The position numbers and the translations under genes are program-made. The notes under the pieces are model-generated. The model saw nothing but the letters and a program-made list of their open reading frames with translations, was not told the DNA's origin and ran no database searches. A DNA stretch of 56,646 nt, the filler included, from Platydemus manokwari (lineage: Eukaryota), in assembly GCA_037951405.1 (NCBI GenBank). It is 5 parts of 5 records of this genome, joined end to end, with 100 filler letters (N's around TTAATTAATTAA, not from the genome) between each part and the next. Parts side by side here need not be neighbours in the genome. Positions count along the whole stretch, not along the records: positions 10,411 to 19,818 come from JBBMOY011253763.1; positions 19,919 to 30,090 come from JBBMOY011161547.1; 3 more parts are not named here. The stretch is one strand, 5' to 3'. Numbering within the stretch: position 1 is the stretch's first letter; the number at the start of each line of letters is the position of its first letter. Below, one piece after another: positions 11,559 through 24,120 of this stretch.

Positions 11559-12471
11559 TCATATGCACGTGTAATCCATTTGTTCAATAGGTAAACAAAT
11601 GTTATTAATTACTCTCCAAACACCGAAATCTTTATATATCCCAATGCAAAATCCAAATAGCCGCAGTAATTTAGTAACATTAGTTGGTTTATTGATTTGA
11701 TTATTTCTTCCTGCAACGATAAATCTCCAATTGTTTGCCAGTGCCATTTCCATTAACAGATCAATATCAAAAATTGATGATGATACAATTCCGAACACAA
11801 GATCTTTAGTATCAATGTAATCATTAAAATTTTCAATCGAATGATAACAATTGTAGTAACTGGTGCATTTTCCATCAGTCAAATGAGTCACCATATTATT
11901 GGCCAAATATTGAATATCTGACCGGTAGTTATTAAGACTCAACACAAAATCCATAGAACACCACAGAATTAATCGGCTTGATTTGTATTTTCCTAACCCA
12001 GAATGAGTATATCTTTTATCTGGAAGATAAGCAAGATGTTCTACTTGATTATATTTTGTGATACTGTATTGGGTTGTCGTGGTGGGATTTGAAGCCACTG
12101 GTATATTTTTTAATATTTGATATCTTGCTGTTGTTGGCGTAACGAACTGTAAAGATAAAGCTTCAATCAATAATCACACTTCAAGAATATAATCTCACTT
12201 TCGATCCATGATTATCATTGAAAAATGCCTTCACATATTTGCACATGTTTCTTGTTTCACAAATTCCATCGAATGTGTAAAAATTACATCGTAACTTTAC
12301 CTCATCAAAATGAAATACCTCACAATTAACGGTAATGCATTGAATGACACAATTGTAAATATCTCTTGCATCGGTTGTAGTTGTTGGTTCATATACACAA
12401 ACCATTTTACCAATGAATCTCACTTGGCATTGCATAAATGTTAAACTGGAAATGATTAGAATGATTCTCAT
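11559..12471 (-). CDS. Secreted protein with N-terminal PAN/apple-like Cys domain; exons 12471-12199 and 12146-11559 (about 286 aa)
   Basis: Signal peptide MRIILIISSLTFMQC and CVIQCITVNCEVFHFDEVKLRCNFY (PAN-like). A 52-nt GTGAGA...TTTACAG intron joins the two ORFs in phase 0. Confidence 0.7.
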
Positions 12472-13479
12472 TTATTGAAATGATATCTCAATATTTTAAT
12501 AGTTTCTCTAGATATGAACAATTCTCGTTATCTCTATAAGCGACCAATAGCTTATCATTATTTTACTGTTTTCTCAATATTTGCATTTGTGAACTTTTTG
12601 CAAAGTATTGCCAAGGTTTCCTTCTTAAAACAATAATTAAAACAATAATTCTAATTATAAATGTGATAATAATATTAATAATATTTAAAATCAAAGAAAT
12701 GGCTTTAGAAATTTGAAATAAACTTCGGCATTTAAACAAGATAATCTAATATTATGTGAAATATAAATAAGATCTCAATGGAAATTATCTCGAATAATTA
12801 TCAGCTGCTTTATTTATAGATAGGAATGAAGATAAAACTATTTTAAAAAATTTCAAATCCTTGTTTAAATTAAAGAATTATTAAATTTTTTCCCGTACTT
12901 TTCTTTGAGATTTCGACCACGTCAAATACATGTAAAGTTAGCTATCAAAAATGACAAAAATATATAAAAGAAATATGGGGAATAAAGTCTTTGGATTATT
13001 AGACTAAATAATATTTGTCCAATATTTTTTTTCAGAATATTAATGTTATAGCGGTTAATAAATTGGAGTTTTATTTTTAAATTAAATATAAATCCACAAA
13101 TTTATTAATCATCTTAAACTCAATTTATAAATTTGTGAAAAAAGTAATTTATTACTGTGTTTATTAAATAGGAAATAGTATCCCCAGTAGCTATATTAAT
13201 CAATTAAAAATACTCAAATTCATTGTTGTCTTTCATAATAAATATTACATTTCGCGTTTTCATTTTAATATGATTTATATTCACCTAATGATAGAAATAT
13301 ATTTATATATTTTATATTTTTATATTTTTATTATGAAACACGACATGTATATAATTAAAGTACCATTTCAAAATCTTAAAGAAGATATAAATCTCTGTAA
13401 CTAAAGCTTATCAATGTTCACTAAGATGATCAATTTCAATAAAATTTAACCTACTCGTTGGTCACCATTGTTAAGGTCA

Positions 13480-13760
13480 GCAAATTGGTGAGCATGACAT
13501 AACTTTTCAAAAATGATAAACAGACGATTTTTAAATTTCATTCTGTAGTCTTGATTATACTTATTTGGAAAACCTAACAGCATTTTGAGGGATCAGATGA
13601 CAAAGTACGAAAGCTAATATATAATAGATGCCTGTGCAAAATTGAGAATCACAAACGAATAATGATATACTTAAAAATACCAGTCAAATGCATCAGCTGG
13701 TGCCTTTCGATTGATGAAGTAAAAAGACTGGAATTACCTTTCACCGATACAATTTTTTAA
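13480..13760 (+). pseudogene. Highly degraded Ty3/Gypsy-type integrase remnant
   Basis: FGKPNSILRDQMTKYES (cf. FGxPxxIxSDQGxxFES), followed by CAKLRI...YQSNA (cf. CxxLGI...YHPQSNG), with stops. Confidence 0.4.
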
Positions 13761-14767
13761 ACTGTTTTAGTAAACAGAAACTGATTGCGAACTATTAAGC
13801 AGTCGATTTGTTCTCTTTATTAACAAATATTATCAAATAAAATAGATAAATATGTGTGAAAATATATTGAGAATCTTACGAAATTGTTTGCATATCAGTC
13901 ATTACAACTATATCAATTTACTCTGCGAATTAAATTATTTGGCATTACCAAGAGGCTATCCAATTATTTAATAGTATTTCTCCGATTTCTGAATGAATTT
14001 TCTTTCTCAACATATTGTTTCCTATCAACTAATTTTCCATATTTTATGTATTATTCGTTGCATAGCTTTATTATTTTATTATATTTTCCATTACCATGAA
14101 AAGAACTAAAATTGCTTATTCAATTCATCTTTCTCCGTTGAGAAAATTAAAAATTTTCTCGGTGTTTAAATAAAAGAAATAAGGGTGTTAGTTAAGAGTT
14201 TAAATATTTAAATTGATAGGTCTGATTGGAATTCTATTTTTAAGAAGCACTTTTGTTCTACAAACAAATAAAAAATGAATAGTTAAATAACGATTCTAAA
14301 CTTTTCTATTTGAAGTGCTAATTAAATTAACAGCATAATCAGAAAGAGATAATTCTTATTGCTAAACCTATTTAATCTATTTTTCGTTCAGATCTAATTC
14401 AAGATATTAAACAATATTTGAAGTCTTTCAATTCCTCAGTTGCATAACTAAGGATTTAATGCATTAGTAATGAAGGCTCATTGGAAAGAGGAATTCAAAT
14501 GAACCATTCAATATTGACCAATGTAAAAAACATAAAAATCAATAAGATTGTGAAATCAAATTTGAAATCGCAACAGATCCAATAGGTACAAGTCAAAGCC
14601 TTCAAATTAGTGAAGTGAATAATTACATTTATTTCAGTGATTATGATCGATAACTTTCTTCACAATGTCATTGGTTAATATTATACAAATAATAATTCAT
14701 TTTTATTTCACTCAAATATTATTAAAAATCAAAAAATAATAATTCTTAAGTCATTTATAAGGAAAAC

Positions 14768-15679
14768 ATGACAGTTGATAAGTTATTGTTGTTTGATATT
14801 TTTCAGACAATAATTCTCGTTATCGGATTAATTTCCAATGGTTGGAGTGCAGTAATTGTTATCAAATTTAAAATATTTCCTTCACGATTTACGAAATATG
14901 TTATTCAAAACCAATTTATATTTGACGCGATTGTATGTTTTCTGTCACTTATTATGATGTGGACAAAAAATAATATTTATAATATTAACAGCACGGTCAG
15001 TATAATCATTTGCAAATTGTGGAAATCTCAAGGATTGTTTTGGATGTTTTACTCATTAAGTTGTCAAAACTTATTATTTACAGCAATCGATCGATATGTA
15101 GCAGTAATGCATCCGATAAAATACCGATTGAAAACTACGTATATGCTGATTGGATATGCAGTATTGTTAATTACAAATAGCCTTCAACCAGTAATTTTTG
15201 GGTACTTTATTATGACAATTCAAAACAGTACTTGTATTTTTGATGATAAGCAGTTACTATATTATCAAATATCAGCAGGTAGCTATGCTATCCTTGATTA
15301 TTACATTCCTGTTCTTGTGTTTGTCTTTTGTTACTTGAAAATATTTCTTAAATTAAAGTCTATGAGAGAGGTTTCGCAAAACAGTGAACATTTTCGTAAA
15401 TCGACAATCATGTATACGATTTCAACCTTTATTAATGTTGTCTTATTTACAATTCTATTGATGTTGGACAACATTGTAATGGTTATGTTTGCATTTACAG
15501 GAATTGCATTTCAAGAAATTGAAAGTGTTCAGTTGACATCTTTATTTCTTGTGAGTATCAACAGTTGCATCAATCCATTTGTTTATTTAGTTGGCATGAA
15601 AACGTTTCGCAAGCATTTTACATTCGGAATTTGTAGACACACTGGAATTGATCCTCAGTCTAGCTCTGGTAATACATGA
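14768..15679 (+). CDS. Intronless rhodopsin-family (class A) orphan GPCR
   Basis: 303 aa with seven hydrophobic segments, TM1 GLISN, TM3 C...AIDRY, TM5 YYIP..FCY and TM7 NSCINPFVY. Confidence 0.92.
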   Translation: MTVDKLLLFDIFQTIILVIGLISNGWSAVIVIKFKIFPSRFTKYVIQNQFIFDAIVCFLSLIMMWTKNNIYNINSTVSIIICKLWKSQGLFWMFYSLSCQNLLFTAIDRYVAVMHPIKYRLKTTYMLIGYAVLLITNSLQPVIFGYFIMTIQNSTCIFDDKQLLYYQISAGSYAILDYYIPVLVFVFCYLKIFLKLKSMREVSQNSEHFRKSTIMYTISTFINVVLFTILLMLDNIVMVMFAFTGIAFQEIESVQLTSLFLVSINSCINPFVYLVGMKTFRKHFTFGICRHTGIDPQSSSGNT

Positions 15680-18019
15680 TTTGTATTATAAATTCCTTGA
15701 TAAATTCCTGTGTTGCACTACATCAAGTTAAATGATTATTTAATTTTTTTCACGAAATCGTCTTTATTTCATTTAATAGATCTATTAGTTTTAGATTGCT
15801 ATTAATTTATTCATGAAAAATAAATTTATTTCTACTTCAGTCTTTAGATTTTATAAAATTTTGAATTTTTTTACTAAAGCAATTAATCGGGATGTGGTCT
15901 TATATCTGTATTTGAAGTATTTTAAATTAAGTTATCATTAACTAATCTATTAATTTAAAAGTATTCAAAGTATTTTCATAAAAAACTTCGAAAATTAAGC
16001 GCATATTTTGCTTTAAAAAGTACAAGATTTTAATAAACTGTGAGCATTTACATGTTAAATTTAATTTTCGATAAACGGCTCAATTAAATATGTTTTTTGT
16101 TGGTGACATGTTGAAAAGGAATTTAATAAATACATATAAACGAATGAAGAATTAAATGAAACTATGCATAGAACGAAACTATTGAATAAATGTGTGGAAT
16201 CATTTTTGTTGTCATTAAATCAAATAAAAAATTTATTTTGAGTCTGTTATGAACAGGTAGTAAATAAAATTTACTAATCGAGATAGTTAGTTGTCTTAGG
16301 ATATTTATTAAAGAAAAATCAAATATGTCATCGAAGAAAGCCAAATGACTTCGAATATAAGGAAAATAAATTGGAAAGTTAAAAATAAAAATATTTGAGA
16401 GATTCCTGAAATAGCAAAAAGAACGTGAAAAAAAAGCTAGTAAATCAAAATGAATACAATTATAATCATAGATTGATAAAGAAAACTTGAAGCTTTCAAA
16501 ATAGTGTAGAAATTCTGAATAATGGTCATAAAAAATAACGAATAAAATTACCTAGAGATTAGCCCATCTAGTTGGATCAATAATATAAATAATATAAGGA
16601 ATAATAATAGTAATATTATTAATAATAATAATCATTATCACTATTATTATTACTATCGTTATTATTAATTTTTTTTATTATTATTGTTGTTGTTATGTTA
16701 TTGTTTAAGTAACGAAAACAAAAAAATCATTGTAACGAAAAACACAAACACACTAAGACCAGTTACAAAATTGGAACGGGTTGGATTAAAGAATTTAGTC
16801 ATGAAAAAATAGTAGATTGAGGACTCTCTCAGAAATCAGGACAGAGACTCAAAAATGAAATATATCATTTATAAAATGAAAAAAAAGAATTCAAAGCTAT
16901 TTGTATACATATAAATTTATAGTAAAACGAATGGGGTCGGTAACAAGAATGACGTCTAAAAGAGCTTAAACATGCTGGACACTGATAAATCAATGAGTAA
17001 AATAATGAAAGACATATTGGATAAAAGAACGATAAATGTATTAAAAATAAGTAAGGAATTTCTTTGTACTTTAAGAAAAGATTCAGATTTAGTACTTGTT
17101 TTAATTTTTTGCTGAGCCAGTGCGTTTATGAGTGAATAGTATTTTAAATTTTTTTGAATAAAAGAGAATTGAAGAATTTACATTATTTCTATGCACGGAG
17201 TAAATGAGACGAGTATTCCTGAATTAATTTCATCACTAAACAGTTAAATCAAATAGTCTGAAGAAACATTCTATTTTCTGTAAACTTTTTCATCGATTTT
17301 AAACAATTAATGAAACCTGAGATTATAGAAATTAAACCAGACACAATAATCCATTTTTAATCCAACATAATTTCCATTAGTTGAATACATTATCAATTAC
17401 GCAAACATATTTGCCATTATTAGAATGAACTATTATCCATTTTCTAACGATTTATTGATTTAAATAATTTTCATTTAAAATAAAACTGATATCTTTTCAT
17501 TAAATATTTATTTTATCAGATTAAATTTTTTTACAAAATGATTTGGTAGAGAAAGAAGTTGGAATAACAATAAAAAATCTGGAAACTTTTGCAATGGCAA
17601 TGAGGTTATTTTACGTCAATCAGATGATGAAAGAAAATTTATGAGGACTGAAATATTTTGTTGAACTCGGTAAAATATGAAACCAATGTGGAACTTATAA
17701 ATAGAAGAATAATTTATTAAAAATGTTATTAATAAATATAATAATAAAGTTTATTTATATGAGCTTAATTAAAGAAATCAGTGCAGTTATTGTTATTAAA
17801 CAAAATATTCAATTGAGAAGTAAAATTAATTATCAAACCATATATAATGAACTAGCATGAAAATCATATACTCAAGCTAATAAAAATAAGTATAATTTAT
17901 CATTATATATAGATACCGGCAAAAAATATTTCGTTTTTCTACGTGGATGAAATCTTATCAAAATCTTAAAAAATAACTTTAAAAAATTTATTTGTTAAAG
18001 TCGCATGTGCATTTATACT

Positions 18020-18870
18020 AAAAGGGTTATCAAACTATTGCAAAGACTAAACATAGTCTCTGTCAGATTCAATGACACTCTGGAATTGATGTGTAACATT
18101 TAGAAACTGGCTTGTAAGCTTAGCCTTCGAAGTTGACTCCAAATATTGACGAAAATCGTGACGAACGTCTTCTTAATTACTTAAGCTTTTTCCATGTCGG
18201 TAGCACTTGTTCCTAATGAAAGCGATCCATGAGGTTTGTGTCGGGTGAGAAGAACGGTTGCTTTAATAGAGACACTCGATATTCTTCAAGCTAAAGCCGA
18301 ATTAATTATGCTGCGCGTGGTCTGATATTGTCATTGATATGGCCATTTCCCAAGCAGGTAGTCTTGGTTGATAGTTTAAAATCACATTCTGAAAGAATTG
18401 AAGGTATGTCTCAACGTTGATTGTCACACCGTCGTAAAGAATCATATTGATCTTTGCCTTAATCATTCTTGCCTAATAGGCATTCAACATTCGTTGACAG
18501 CAAATGACTCTGATTATCTTGTCCGTCAGAATATGAAGAACCCATCTGCTACATAGCGTCTTCTTTCCAATTTCTTGTTTCAATGTGTTGCAAATACTCG
18601 TTTCTGTAATATCAGTGACTCCTGAAATATCTGAAAGAGCTCGTGCTCGTTCTTCGTCTTCATGTACCTTCTTTTCTCTCAAAAAGTGTTCGCTGTTTTC
18701 CTGCACTACTCCGATTCACGACGTTCTCTGCTTCCCAACTTTCGATAAGAAAGCATTGAATTTCTGTAACCAAAAAGTTGTTTCGTGTTAAAGTTGCTAC
18801 AACGAAATTTTTTGTTACATTGCTTGGCTTCATCATTTAGGCTCAATTATTTAACCAACTCTAATCGATT
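18020..18870 (-). mobile_element. Degraded mariner (Tc1/mariner) transposase remnant; boundaries approximate
   Basis: LCSRWVLHILT (cf. WVPHxL), GVTINVETY, NDNIRPRAA (cf. HDNARPH) and an SPD motif on the minus strand, with stops, frameshifts and an internal deletion. Confidence 0.75.
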
Positions 18871-20099
18871 TATTTAAATTTAAATCTTGATCTTTCCAGT
18901 CTTGTTAATGATCTGTATTGAAAAAATTACCTAAGAAAGATCTAGCTAGAAAATTTTAAATTTGATCTTTAAATATTTTCTTATTGATAAAAACGAAATT
19001 TTTTTTGACGACCAATTTATATAGATAGTTAATAAAATGACATTACTAAAATCTTGAGTTAATTTTTTGAATACGGAAATTATTATTTTGAATATATATA
19101 ATGTTGAAAATAGATGCCTGTATTTAGATATGCTAATAATGGATTGTGTTTGAAAAGCTGTAATTACCAAGGAGAATTGTGCAAGAGGAATGTTTTCGTT
19201 TTTTATTGCTTGTGTTGAGCGCAGCGAGTTATAGTGTTGTTAAAAGTATATAGAAACTGTATAATAAAGTAAGGTATTGAAATACAAGTAATAAAAATCT
19301 CACAGAAGGTTTATTCACACGGGATAGTGGGCTTTTGGCCTATTTTGGTTATAGATTTGCATTTCTAACTATAGCTATTCTAATAATTATTTAATGGTTA
19401 ACAGTTAGAAAGATTAATAGCTTCATAGGTTATGACGACAACTGATTCATCAAAAAGATATAAAACGAAATTTATTGGTCTACACAATTACAGTTGAATA
19501 ATATCCATATACAATCAATTAATTTTTTCTTGTTGTAACAAATATTAATATCCAAAAATTAATTATAATTTTCTCAATATTTAAATAATTAATAATTTTT
19601 TATATATTCTGTTTCAATCATAACTCTGACAAAGTTGTACGATTAATAAAATTAAATCATTTCATAAATTATGATTTTAATACACATGTATTTTTCTGAA
19701 AATGTATTGGGTCTATAACTTAATAACCGGAATTTGACACTAGATGTAAACACTTGTGTGTGTGCTGTAGCAAATCATTAACATACACGTCATTTTGAAG
19801 CTCTATTCATAAGCTATCNNNNNNNNNNNNNNNNNNNNNNNNNNNNNNNNNNNNNNNNNNNNTTAATTAATTAANNNNNNNNNNNNNNNNNNNNNNNNNN
19901 NNNNNNNNNNNNNNNNNNATTTTGAAGAGCCCATTATGTAAAAATATAAAAATATAATTTAAAAGTAAATAGTTAAAGAAACAAGATAAGTTAAAAGACA
20001 AAGAAAATAAATTTATTTTACTTAAAATAAATAATAAAGTAGAAAAATAATTTTAAAGAAAAATAATTATTAAACAAAAATATGAATAAATAAAGAATT

Positions 20100-20952
20100 T
20101 AAAATTATTATTAAGAAAATATGATTTGTTTTAGTGAATTAAAATAAATATTATGAAGTCAATTTCTCAGAAGGGAAATTATTGATTAATATCTGGTAAT
20201 ATTGATTAAATGTAGGGGTTGACTACGCATGTCAACTCGGTGTCAGGAAATTTTGCTGCAAGTGTTGCTAGCAAAATGCGACTATAAAAGTGGTTGTAAT
20301 CAGCAGTCGATTACCAGAATTTTAGAAGAAAGAAAGTTTACAGAAACAAGAATTTCTGACAGAAGAAATCGATTGTAACCAAATTTGAGTGCAAAAGGAA
20401 AACTTTATCAGAAATTGAAACCATAATTGTTCATAGAAAAGAATCTTTGAACAACCAGAATAAGAAGATTTTCAGTTATTACAAAAGGAAACAGATCGTC
20501 CAGTCGAGAAATAATTTTACCAAGTCGCAAGGGAGCCGGCATTCAGAGCAGGTTATTTATTTTGTTCATATAAAGTATTTATAGAATATTCGTGGACAGT
20601 GTTCCAGAATATTGGTAACAGATAAAATTAGTATCAATAAATTGAGTGGTATTCGTGGACATTATTTCCCGAATATCGTTATTTGTACAAAGATATTGTA
20701 TTGAGCGTCCGTAACCTGTTTTCGCACGCTGGTAATTGCAGTAACGATCAGGAGTACTCCATCGGCCAGTAATCCAGATTCGTGAACCTATTATATTTGA
20801 CAGAACTTTAATAGGAGTTAGGCCTTTGGTGATATAATCTAAAGCTATATATATATAGTTATTTGAATATAACTTAGTGTGCAACTTTGTTTTGAATTTG
20901 GAGTCAGGTTATTAACGAGAACTGTTGTATTCTACACCCGGTAGACCCAACA
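20100..20952 (+). mobile_element. LTR-like repeat, copy 1 (left end near gap)
   Basis: Colinear with the reverse complement of 29265-30090. Has TATAAAAG at about 20283, an internal duplicated TATTCGTGGACA unit, and homology ending at ...GACCCAACA. Confidence 0.65.
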
Positions 20953-21013
20953 ATTTTGAGCAAATATAGGATAGCACAATTTTCCTTTTAGATTCACTTC
21001 TGGGAAAGCCATC

Positions 21014-21180
21014 CTAAAGTATGTTCCACTGTGTTTCTATATTCTGAATGTAAATGTCTCGATTATCTGGATTTACAAAGCACTTCGAGTGATTAACAGT
21101 GCCATGTTTATAACCGAGACTTTGAAGACGGCTGTACGATCTCCAACAATCTGTATATATAACGGATATTGGTTTCAACT
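21014..21180 (-). mobile_element. Merlin / ISXO2(IS1595)-like DDE transposase fragment
   Basis: Minus strand reads LKPISVIYTDCWRSYSRLQSLGYKHGTVNHSKCFVNPDNRDIYIQNIETQW, matching the family pattern IxSDxWxxY..GYxHxTVNHSxxFVxP..TxxIExxW. Confidence 0.85.
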
Positions 21181-21914
21181 ACCTACAATTAAATAAAACG
21201 TATGGTAAATATAGTATTTCTGTAAATATTATATAATTGTAGGATTATTGTTTCTAGGGTTGCAGCGCTTCGGTTGCGAACCAGAAATAGGAAACAATTC
21301 CTTTTGTCGAATCTTTACAGTCCTCCAACGACCCAAATTTCAGGCCTTCGGCGTCCTCGATTATATTTGGCCCCTCCAAAATAAGCCTCATCGATTTCGA
21401 CAACTATATTTTGATCTCCGATAATTTTCCTGTTTCGCGCTATTTGTTCGTAAGCGTGGAATCGACAAACTTTGTACCTGAATAAATTTAATTAGAGTCT
21501 TAGCTTTATTTTTTTAAAAATTATTACCATTTCGTAACTGTTGGCTTGCTTACGGAGGTCATTTGATAACACACTTTTTGTGTGGCCCCGTGCATCACTA
21601 ATAACGAATATTGAGAATTGTTTAACAAAGTCCCTATTCGAATTCCAATACTTCTTTTTCATTTGTGGCATCTCCAATTATATGATTTTCTTGAATTTGG
21701 TGAAATCTTCATTGGATAGCCACAATGGCATATTTTGGATCTATGTATTGGTCTTTGATATTATTGGTTTTTATATTGGGTTGATATAGTTGTTGTTTTA
21801 ATAGCTATAGTAAAAAGACAACTCGTTTCCATAAATGTTTATTATCTTTCAAAATTACACCGTTTGTTTTTTCTAATATTTAAACAAATCTCATTTTTTT
21901 ATCTAACTGCTATT

Positions 21915-22170
21915 AATGTGCTCGTTTATGGTGCCAACCGGACTCCAGATGATTAGCTGCGTTCATTTGAAGTAGGTAAGGTTAAATATAAATAGTAATA
22001 ATATAATAAATAACAATAACACAAATGTAATAAATATAATTATGAATCAAATACACTCTACAAAATTAGATAACAAATGTATTATTAGGATTGTGTAAAA
22101 ACAGAACTGGCGAAGTGTGGCTCACTTAACCAGAGGGCAAGACTCACGATACGGGTGAACCGTACAATTA
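21915..22170 (+). repeat. Dispersed repeat family, inverted copy at 41455-41712
   Basis: GTGCCAACCGGACTCCAGATGATT...GGGCAAGACTCACGATACGGGTGAACCGTACAAT matches the reverse complement at 41461-41710. Confidence 0.8.
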
Positions 22171-22870
22171 GTGAAAACTATTAAAAAAGTAGGAGCAAAC
22201 GAAGATATTTTTTAGTTAATACCGAATCTATCGACACGGTATGAAAATAACATTCATTAATTCGGTTTGTACCTAATTGATTAGTCGTTTGGCTTATAGA
22301 AGAGATTTTCTTGCTTGTTTCGTCGCTGATTTCTCTGACAGTAGCTGTTTTCAGTTAACTTTTTGGCTTGCTGAGATTCCATATTTAGACATTTTTGGTC
22401 ATGTTTCTATTTTAAGAATTACGTCATTGATGTTTTAGGGATTTTTTGTTATTTTATTTCATGTGGGTGTTGAGTACATTTGTGGGCGTAACATGTCGTT
22501 GTGTGACTCATTATGGATTCGGATCCTAACATATGTATCCAATATATTACATAATTATTTATGCACTTATATGGCGTTAAAATATAATTACATAATTCCT
22601 GGCATCTTTCAATAATTTCTTTGTCACTTCTTTTGTAAAATAGTTCCGAAATTTCGGATATCGTTCCATTTGCTTTTAATGGTAAAAAAGGGGTCCTCGC
22701 TAATTTTCAAAAAATTGCATTTTGATCAGTTTTTTAAATAATTAATTTTTATTGGATTTTAAAATTCCTGTGTATATATTAGTTGATTATAAATAAATAA
22801 AATTTTTCTCAAGTACTTAAATAAAAAATTCAAAATGTTTTTAATGAATATAATTAAATAAACTATATGA

Positions 22871-23258
22871 AATTTTGCAATACACTTAGCAAATTTAAAA
22901 TTTCATGTTAGGACCCTTTTTGACTTTAGCCCAAAACACCAAACGAAAACGTATTGTTTACAGGAAATAATTCAAAAAATGAGATGGTAGAATTATTGAT
23001 AAAAAAATTAATAAGAATTGGGAACCAAATAGAAGTTAACAAAATTGTGGTGAATGTTCAAAGAATCTCTATAAGTACTTGCTTCTCAATTTATAATGAG
23101 ACCAATTTTTATTGTGTAGGCAGCAAGAAAATGTCAAAAAAAGTTAAAAAAAAGTTCCTAAAATGAAATTTTAAATTTGCTGAGTGTATTGCAAAATTCC
23201 ATATTTGTAATATTTCTTGTAAACGGTACGTTTTCGTTTGGTGTTTTGAATTAGGTCA
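22871..23258. mobile_element. MITE-like segment with overlapping inverted repeats
   Basis: 36-bp inverted repeat 22871-22906 / 23163-23198 (1 mismatch) and perfect 22-bp inverted repeat 22932-22953 / 23227-23248. Confidence 0.6.
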
Positions 23259-24120
23259 GTAGAAAAATATCTGAGGACTCTACTGCTTAAATGCAAATTT
23301 TCTTTCAAATAATTTTTGATTTTTTAATTAATAAAGGTTTTCTTGTTTAAGCCAATTCATGTTACAATTGGGAAACGTGAATTAAATGAAAACCCATGGT
23401 GCTGAAACGTTCAAAGCACCTTGAATTGTTTCGTTAACCGATATATGCAGAACGATATATGCAGATCAATATTAACAAATCAATATAACGTCGGAGAAAA
23501 TAAACCGTTTTACTTTTAATTTAAATATGGTAGTGTTTGTAATTAAAGTGTCCATATCAAATTGTAATCGACCAATCAATTCATTGTTAATTTATTTTAA
23601 CAAAATTATTCCTTTTATTTATAGTTCAAGGTCAACCAAAAGCAAGTAGTGACCATATAAAGTCAGTTTCGATTTTTACAATCATTGTTTAGTATGTACA
23701 ACAGTTTCATCTAACAATTTTTTCATCGAAGAAATTCCAATACATTTTCGCAACAAGTTTCATAATTGTGGAGGTGAAATTTTAAAAATTATCGGTAAGT
23801 TTTCAATATATTTTGACTATTTTCATAAATAATTGATAATGTTCTAATAAAGATAACATTCTGTTTCTATTTTTGTCAAACCTATTAATGATATTCGAGT
23901 TGGGAAGCGTTAGTTCACTGTTTAGTTTTATTTGGGATTGTTTTTCACTGAGTTCTGTTATATGTAAATTTAGTTGGTTACTGGTACAGGAGAGTTTCCG
24001 TGTCAAAATGTGCTTATTCTTTGACACACCATGAATAGATTGTATCAAGATCTGTTGATATGAATTAATAAATATGGGTTAAAATAATTCCCAATTCATA
24101 GTTGCAGATCCAAATCACAA

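Noticed and set aside
20585-20680. Duplicated TATTCGTGGACA units (also at 29556-29645) as a CRISPR-like array
   Set aside because: Only two units, inside a dispersed eukaryotic repeat, with no cas genes.
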